Shown here: positions 51,601 to 60,600 of the stretch, one piece after another
Layout: each line of letters begins with the position of its first letter
Numbering within the stretch: the first letter of the stretch is position 1
Assembly: GCA_030248215.1 (NCBI GenBank)
Contig: JASANG010004128.1
Coordinates: 248,001 to 312,000 of the forward strand
Reading direction: 5' to 3'
DNA: 64,000 bases
Origin: Enoplolaimus lenunculus
Lineage: Eukaryota
Program-made: the position numbers and the translations under genes
Notes under the pieces: model-generated
Seen by the model: only the letters and a program-made list of their open reading frames with translations
Told to the model about the DNA's origin: nothing
The model's database searches: none

Positions 51601-54600
51601 TTAGCGTTTAACTATGTTGCTGGATTCTGATAAAGGTCACAGTAACTCAGCTCAAAAACTTGTTTAATCAAAGGGTACGTATAGCATAGAATTCCTAAAT
51701 CTGAGAAATCTGATTGCCGAGAGCAAGGTCCGCACTTAATTTAATGATTTGTTCCTGTTCAGTACGCACTTTTTAGATATTTTAAACTAGGTCCAGGTAT
51801 ATAAGATAGAATATATGCCATTACCAAGACAGAGGGTAACATTCCGGATACAAACACGAAAATTTAGACCAATAGCCCAAGCAATGATGCAAAAATTATA
51901 TATCGCCACTGCAGAAATGCAGACCAATGGCACAAAATATGTACGTATATACGTGCTTGAAATTAACACAATGCGGAGTATAGAAACACAAGTTAGTTGG
52001 GTTTTTAAATCTTTCTGGCGCGATATCTTTCGATTGTCAAGTTTAAAAGCGGTATTTATATATTTCGTAGGGTTGCGCGTATGCAACACAATCACAAATG
52101 AAGTTGCGGTTGTCGTTTGTAAGTCGTAAGCGTAACTAAGTTATCGAATCACACTGCAACCAAAATTGCGAATGCAACAAAATGTTTAATAGAGTTGTGT
52201 GGTGCCGACAAATTATTTGTAACGAGTGAGAATTATGATTTGGTTATGAACTTATTCTTTCGGTGTGAATGTCGAGCAATTCGTTCAATTTTGCGAAGCT
52301 GTCTCGTCCATTAAGACTTCTGGACCGACGCTGAGACGTTTTTGACGCTGTTTGCTTTTAAATCGAGGTCGCCCTTCTTTGGAAGTAATACACTTTTATT
52401 TGATTTGAAGTGAAACTAACGAAACTACATGTGCTGCGTGATACGAATAAATTTCTTCCTTTTCTCTGACATGGCTGCGACTTGATTAATAACATAGCTG
52501 CTGTGTTTTTGCTATTAACTGCAGGGCCCGCAAAGCTTTAGAAAACAGAAATGAGATCGAAGATGACAAATGTGCTCAACTTGAAGCAAAACTGCGCGAA
52601 GCTCAAGTGCTGCTACAGGAAACGGAAACAAAGTATGAAGAGGTAAATAACGCGTGGTGGAGTTTTTGACTGGGTTTTATTTTTGATGTGTTGACCAGTA
52701 TCGACTGCACAAAGCAAATACTGTTGGTATGGAACGGAATATGTAATGCTCACGTCCCGCGGACTGGTGAAGGTAAGCGACACAATCAGAATACATAACC
52801 AGATACATAACACAATAGGTCAAATTATTGATATTTAAGTCTGTATTTCTGAACAAAAGTCTGAGACTTTAGAGCTTTAATCGTAATTTATAGCGGTCTG
52901 AAGGACGCGGAAATTTCGTCACAACAGATTGAGGACAGACTTGCGGAAATGGAACAGCGAGTCATATCGGCGCAGGAAATTGCAGCCGACGCTGACAAAA
53001 AATACGATGAGGTAATTATGATTGCCCATTAATATGAAGTAAAACTGGTTGAACTAATTTTGTCGCTGTTTATAAGATATTGTTCGTAGTAGTATGAAAA
53101 TTTTCATCGCTACGAAGTATTGTATTTTGAAGATACTTCTCGCACTGATCTTGTTATGCCTTTTTCTTCTGTTACACTTAATATGTTTGTGTAATTATAT
53201 ATGTTGCATGAGTCAAGCTTTGCGAATGTTTGGGTCATCTAGAGCTTTATGGTGTTGGATAATCGCGAATGTCTTATTCTAGGTAGCGTAGACTTCTTCT
53301 AATGCTAATATAAGTAATACGTATTAGGGCAAATTCACAGCACTACCACCAACTGAATTCAAATTCAGCGCACACCATTAATATTGAATAAGTAAACGGA
53401 AGGTTTGTTCAAATCATTTGAAATTTTGTACATGTATCATAGAACACCTGGGTCCAAATATTAGCCTATAATAGCGTCGAAATATTAGCCGATAACAACT
53501 ACGAAAACGGCACTGGATTCTAAATTAGAAAAAAGCATGACTGACTAGTCTCTTATTTTAACTTATCCATTATTTGAACAAAAGGAAACATTAAAAATTT
53601 CGGAAATGCGAATTTGAGCTTACCAGGAACGCGATCTATATCTATGAAACGTATTCTACAAACGGGCTCGCTTATTTCAGGTTGCTCGAAAGCTAGCGAT
53701 GGTTGAGGCGGATCTTGAGCGCGCAGAAGAACGTGCAGAAGCAGGCGAAAAGTAAGTCAATCAGCTGTGAAGTTATTTTGTGTATATATAAGTAATTCGT
53801 ATTAACAAGTACGGAATCTTTAATTCGACTTGCATATGGTCTGCGTCTCAGTTTTTAAAAATAATTTGTTTTATGCAAGAGGATTTTAGATTTGATACCA
53901 GCCACTGTTTACGTTCAACCAGTAAAATTATTTACACTTTGTTACAAACCTTTCAATTTAGTATCAAACGCTTGGTCTCAGTCTGCACCTGCAGGCACCA
54001 ATTTTTCATTGAACATTCTTCCAGCGTTCTGACTAATAGGCCGTTAATCAGCCATTACAGCGTATGACCGCGTTATCGCTCAAATATTTGCTGTTATCAT
54101 ATTTCGCGAACGCTTGAACGTAATAGACGGATTCGGTTAATTCTGGGATTTATTGCTGCTTTACTGGCTAATTGTATTCAGTAAAATCGTTGAGATGGAG
54201 GAGGAGTTGCGCGTTGTCGGCAACAATTTGAAATCGCTTGAGATGTCTGAAGAAAAAGCGATGGAACGCGACGATACTTATTCCACGCAAATCCGTGTTC
54301 TTGATCGCCGCTTGAAAGAGGTCTGAGTTACAAGGAGAACATTAGTGCCGTATGCGTATTGCTGTTCACACTTTGGTGGAGTTGAACGCTTTTGTGATGG
54401 CTTATCCTTACAGTAACCCTTTGGTCGAAACTGAGTAACACCTAAATTGTGTGAATACGCTAGGCAGGCGTGTTACGTGAGCTTTACGCGCACTAACATT
54501 GTTCCATTTGTTTTGTTTTGCGTTTTGCTTATCTGAAGCAGTTGCCTTGTCCCTGTTATAACACGGTTTTTTATATTCATTCAAATCCTTCCTGATACCA

Positions 54601-57600
54601 ATTGCATATATGTTCATATATTTTTGCTGTGATGTGACGCTCATTGACGTAGGTCCAGACACATGTCATAAGATTGCTCGATTATCGGCATTGTATGTAT
54701 ATAATAAGGCTCTTGGCGAGGTGGGCAGCCCCAACTACCAAGGGGGAGGCAATATATTATGGATAAGCACATTTTTGTACCCTATCCAAGATCAATATAT
54801 AATACAAATAGAAGCAAACATTTGCGTTTAAAAACCGTGCTTCGACTGATACTGTAAAAACTTTGAAATTTGGCATACTTTTAGTTTTTGTAGGGGGCTG
54901 GAAAAAGTGGGAGGGATGTCAATTGTGGGGCGGGGTTCGAAGTGTTTAGGAGCTCGAATGTGGGCAGGGGCGCCTCAGAGTGCTACCGGATATCCAGTTC
55001 CTGTTTAATATTCGGCATAAACTAATATCCCTATCCGGTATATGCCTACCGGATACCGTTGTATATTTGCCGGTGCGGGGAAGCATATTGATTCTTATTC
55101 GCCAAAATCACTCAATATCTATTAGTGTTGATATTTGATGTATTTCACGTATGTGAATTCTACTGATTTGAAAAGCAATATTGCATTGTTTAGACGAATT
55201 GTTTAGACGCCTGGCCATAGTCCTTACCTCCTTTATACAAAGTTTTTAATTTCAGGTGTATTGTGAGTTTGCTGTCGCTTAATTAACGAAAACAATATAA
55301 GATTAATGGTGTAGTTTCTAAACAGAATTGTAGTGAAGTATTTTTTGCAGTAAAGAAAGAAAACACCTCTGGATGCTGTACTAAGTTTAATTATCATTCC
55401 AACTGGGTGATAAATTTTGGACAACAGTATGCAATTAACGTGGGTTTGTATTGCGCAATTTATATACTTGGATTTGTATGACAACTGGTGCCTTCATACG
55501 CCGCGTATTCTACAGTCAAGCACCACTTCCATGCCTCTCTCCTTTCAAAACGTTTGTGGAGGTGTTGTTTTTGAATTCCCTGCATTAAGAGCGCAAGAAA
55601 TTCGGTGGGAAATCTAATACTTTGGATAAAATGTAGTTAGGTTCGGTTTTATTGAAGGCGTGTTGGGGAGCTCGAACGTGAGCTTAAAGAATTGGGCAGC
55701 AATTTGACATCGCTGGAGGTAAATGAAGAGCGCAATTGTCGTCGCCACAGTTCTTATGCCGAGTTTTGTGATAATTTGAAAAAACGTGTGAAAGAGGTAT
55801 CTCCAGTGTTCGTTGTTTCCGTGTGGTAGTTGCGACCGTTTTGTGTTGACTGTTAGTTCACCTGTTGTCCACCTTATTTGCTTTTTGTCGAATTCAACCA
55901 GCTGCATGCATTTAATGTCCGGCTACACTTGGATATTGTGCCATGTTTCCAGCATCAGTATTTTAAGCACTCATGCGTTGCCAAAGAGAAATCTTGACCA
56001 GCATGATAATCAAAACCTAAGTGTTGGGCCGGTTGCATTTAATTACGTTAGCTGTATGTTAGGTTTTTACTTTAACTGTCCCACTCATGTAGTTGTGTGC
56101 CGTTACAAAAAAATTTCTCATGTCCATTTTTAAACTGTTCATTTCAGTAGGTTTTCAAACACAGAGTCAAGAGACATCACAGTTTCCTAGTGGGACGCAC
56201 AGTTATATACTAGCCAAGTGAAATTGTAAACATTTTAATTCACTGTTAAGTGCTGAGTAAATAGTATCTCTAAAGAATCCGCAATTTTATGGCAATGTCG
56301 ATTGTTATACTCAAGAAAACGGCATGTGTTTTATGGGTGGACTCACGATAGTTCATCGCTGCGATTAGGGGCGATCGTTTAGTTTATACGAATATTTTAT
56401 TTTTGTAAAATGAGTTCAGTGCTGTTGTTGGCCGGTTGGTAGCCTATTGCATTTCAATCTTATCGTTAGCGAGCCACTTTTCAACATTGTTGCTTTCATT
56501 ATTTATTTGACAGTTGTGGCATGATTCGTTTTTCGCTATTTATTTTAGTTTTATTTACGCTTAATTATGTTTTTTTAAAGTTTAATAACAATCAGTGCGT
56601 ATAAAAATGTTACAGATACAAATTATATGTTATAACTATTTGAACGACAGGTGGCAAAATTACAATTTAGAAAACATTTTGGTTAACAATATTGAAACAT
56701 GTAGAAATGACGTAGTGAACAGAACCATTATATAATGTTTGCCTGTGTTGCATGAATCTTTGTTGTAGTGTTATTCGTTGTATTATAGTTTTATAACGTT
56801 GCGTTTTCCTCTAGCAAACTTGTTGAGCTTGAAGAAGAGCTTCGCGTTGTTGGCAATAATTTGAAGTCCCTCGAGGTTTCGGAGGAAAAGGCATTGCAAC
56901 GGGAAGAATCATATGAAGAACAAATCCGTGTGCTTTCACAGCGGCTCAAAGAGGTTATTTAACGCTATACTGTGAAGCTTAGCTTCTATCAAACTAAGGA
57001 ATATTAGCTAGGCGTATTGCATTGGTAAACAATTTAATTTAAAGTTAGCTTTTAATGTTTCACTTTTTGCATAACGAGTTTCACTTTTTGCATAACGATC
57101 GGGCTGTCAACCATTCACTGTTTGGGCAATCCCTTGAAGCATTGTGTGTATTTAAGGCATGTCGCCGTACTGGTTTGGCGTTTTAAGGCTTTTGTTGTAT
57201 CGCGTGTGCAAATTAACGTGTTTACACATTGCTTTGCAATTATTTGGGTTCTGAAATTGAAAACGACATTTGTTTTTTAAATTTTAGTAGTTGACTGGGC
57301 TTCCAGGCGCAGCTTTAAGATTTTCGTTCGGTTATTAGTCAGACACTAAAACTCAGTTCTGAACGATATCTTACGGCGTAAACCTAAAAAAGTTTATGTG
57401 AGCACGTAGAGAACATTGCAGGAAAGTTTTTTGCAAAATTCAATGGAAGGACATGGTTAAACTCTTAAATTTCGTTTGATTTCTGATTCTGATAGCTTAT
57501 TGTTTTTGTTACTGTTTACGTCAATGTACAGTATCAGCGTAAGCGTAGCGATGTGTGTTTATCGCATTTTATTCAAATTGGACTACTATTTTTGCGGTGT

Positions 57601-60600
57601 TTTACTACCTCCCAACTAAATACGTAATTTTACCATTATGTGTAATGTTGAAAAAGTGTACATTTTAGTTTAAACAGGTTGCCTTTAAAAGATCGCTTAA
57701 GTTACTTAATAAACTGGAGACCGTGTGTATTAGTTTTGATCACTAGTTTCTATCATGGATTTGTATGTATGTATGTATATTTTTCTTGAAATAATTTTAG
57801 GCAGAAACTCGTGCAGAGTTTGCCGAACGATCGGTGCAGAAACTGCAGAAAGAAGTCGACCGTCTGGAAGGTAAGCAGTGTGTAGTTTGTTTGTTAGTGT
57901 ATGTCATTATCCAAAAACTGGTGTACATACAACCGGTTTAGAATGGTTATGAGTGAGTGTGCCGTGAAGCGCTGTTTAATATGGCTTTTAATAAAAGTTC
58001 CTGAAATGACCTGTCGCTTTGAATTTAATTAGCGTTTTAACCCGAAAAGAAGTAAGACAATGGGAAAGAACTAAGACGATGTCAGCGAAGTTAGCAAAAG
58101 TTTTTTGGTGTCTCAAACTGTTTGATTGGGCATATCATGTAGCGCACATTGAATTTGAGAAAAAGCAAGATTTTTTGTGAATCAGACAGAGCGCAGTGAC
58201 TTGTGTGCGGAATACATTAACTTAAGGTATCGTCAGGGTAAAAAACAGTTCTTTTCCACTCCAGCTGAAAGATTTTTATAAAGTATCAGAATTCACAGAT
58301 TATTGTTTTGAAAATTCTGCCTTATAATGTTAATGTACGTCGTAGTTTTTTTACATATATTTTGTTTCCCTGTCGCAGTGGAATTATGTGATATTTTGAA
58401 ACTGCACAACTTTGCTGTATACAGTAGCTAACTAAGGTGCAGCACAGATGCTGGTTGCTGTTTAGCTCTACGCTATCTAAACGCGGCGTGTTTTATTATT
58501 ATTTAAATAGGACTGCTGTGTTCTTAGCTGTTGTTTAGTTATATTATTTGTTTTGTGAGTAATGCATAACGGCAAAATTAAAAAATGCATCTCAGTGTAA
58601 GCGTTTGGAATCATCAGTTGTTACTGTATTGATGTCTTGAAACCAGTGCACTTTTTAAAAGAATTAATGATTAGTTGTCGTAGGAGACACTCAAAATGAA
58701 ATTCGTTGCCCCGTATAGTGCTGTTTCAAAAGAAATGTTTTTTAAATATTTGTGTATTTGTGCATAAACGCAGAGTTCTGTGCTTTGAATATAAGAACAG
58801 ACAGTTGTAACTAAATACGTACGCAGAGTGAATAAAATAGCTTACAGTGTTCTCATTATTTAATGGCGTAAGAGACAGTGGCCTTCTGTATACATACACC
58901 TGTATGAGTGGGATGTATGTGTGTGCCGCTGCTCAATGTTAAAACTGAATCAGCTGCACATCGCTGTGCCTCAGTCAGTCTCGGTGATAAGAACCTGACA
59001 GCTAAGCGCACAGTAAGCAAAGAAATCGCACAACACTGTTACAATTTTGCGAAATTAAATTCACTGTAACAATAGTCGTTTAGTGAGGTATATTTAAGGG
59101 GACTGAGTGTGTTCAACTAGTTTTATGCATTGTACACGTAACGCACTTTTGTGCGTAGCGACTCTGCATTGCGGTTGGTGCTGTATTACGCTGGGGAATT
59201 TCGATACCCAGAAGCTCTTCGCTTTTGAAAACTGGGGGTCGTTCTATGTATCGTAGTCTAAAAAGAAACTTTGTAATGGGCAGATTAGGGGCCATTACTG
59301 ACGCATTATTTAAATATTAGAATCGAATATAGAAACTGTTAAAGAAGCGATATGTGCATGCAATATGGAAGATCGTCGAGATACGGAAAGGCTAGGCTAG
59401 TGAGCCAACAAACTTAGATTGCCGGAAAACCATACATATAGTGGGAAATGTATAGCACATTAGCGTGGATTGTATGCGTCTGTAACCGCACTTTTAGCCG
59501 CGTCTATAGCCGCAATTTTGACTGCGTCTGTAACCGCGGCTGCGAGCGATCTTGAGTCGAACCGCGTTTATGTCGCGATCGCGGTTGTGCTTAATTCTGT
59601 CAATAACTACTTTTAACTCACTATACACATACTTTTGCATGACTCTAATACTACCAATAGTAAGCAAATGGGATAGTAAAGCAAAACAGGAAATAATACA
59701 TTAGAATTAAACGGTTTGAACCATATACCGGTACCGATAAAATTCGATTGGGCTAATTATGTTCATGCGGATAATTTTACTGTACCAGAATTGCGGTAGT
59801 TGAGATATGTATGTAGTGGAGTGTAATTATTTTCATGCAGTCAATTTTATTTGGTAGTTCGGGAGATATGTATGTATATGTGTATATATGTAGTGGATAG
59901 TAGGTATCGTCATTTGTCACTGATAGTTCCAGCATTGCTTGATTAACATAAGGATAGAGTATAATTAAAGTTAATTTATGAACCCAATTGTGTAATTGAT
60001 CGCAAGTGTGATGAAACAGCACCCGCCTTTGTTGCAATAGACTTAACATATGAACGCAAAAATGAAACGTTTTCCGCAGAGTTGTATTTTGTCGAAACCA
60101 AAAGAGTGCTAACTGAAGTATGTACATATGTTCGTTTCAAAGCTTTAAGGCTAGGTGATACAGGTGAGCATTGAGCAACTATGTTTTATTAAAATCAAGG
60201 TCCTGAGTTTGTGTGTTGCAACAACAAATATGATGTCAGGTAATAATCCTGATAGATTAATGCGACTGTTTGAATGAAAACATTGGTTACTTTTCCTATT
60301 GCCCATTGTGAATGAATCAATGAAGTGATATTATCTTACTGTGCACAAACGTTCTAAATATCAGATGAACTGGTGGCCGAAAAGGAACGCTGCCGAGCGT
60401 TGGCAGAAGAAGTTGAGCAAACCGTCGCTGAAATACAAGGAAGCTAGAAGCTGTTTTGTGAGCACCTGGAGCGCGCAGCATCCTTTGTCGTATATTTAAC
60501 TGCATCATTCGCCTCATTGAACGTTATCCTCAATCGCGTACCTTCAATTTTATCATTAAACATTTACTCTGCGTTCATAATTATCCTAACGTTATGTTTA

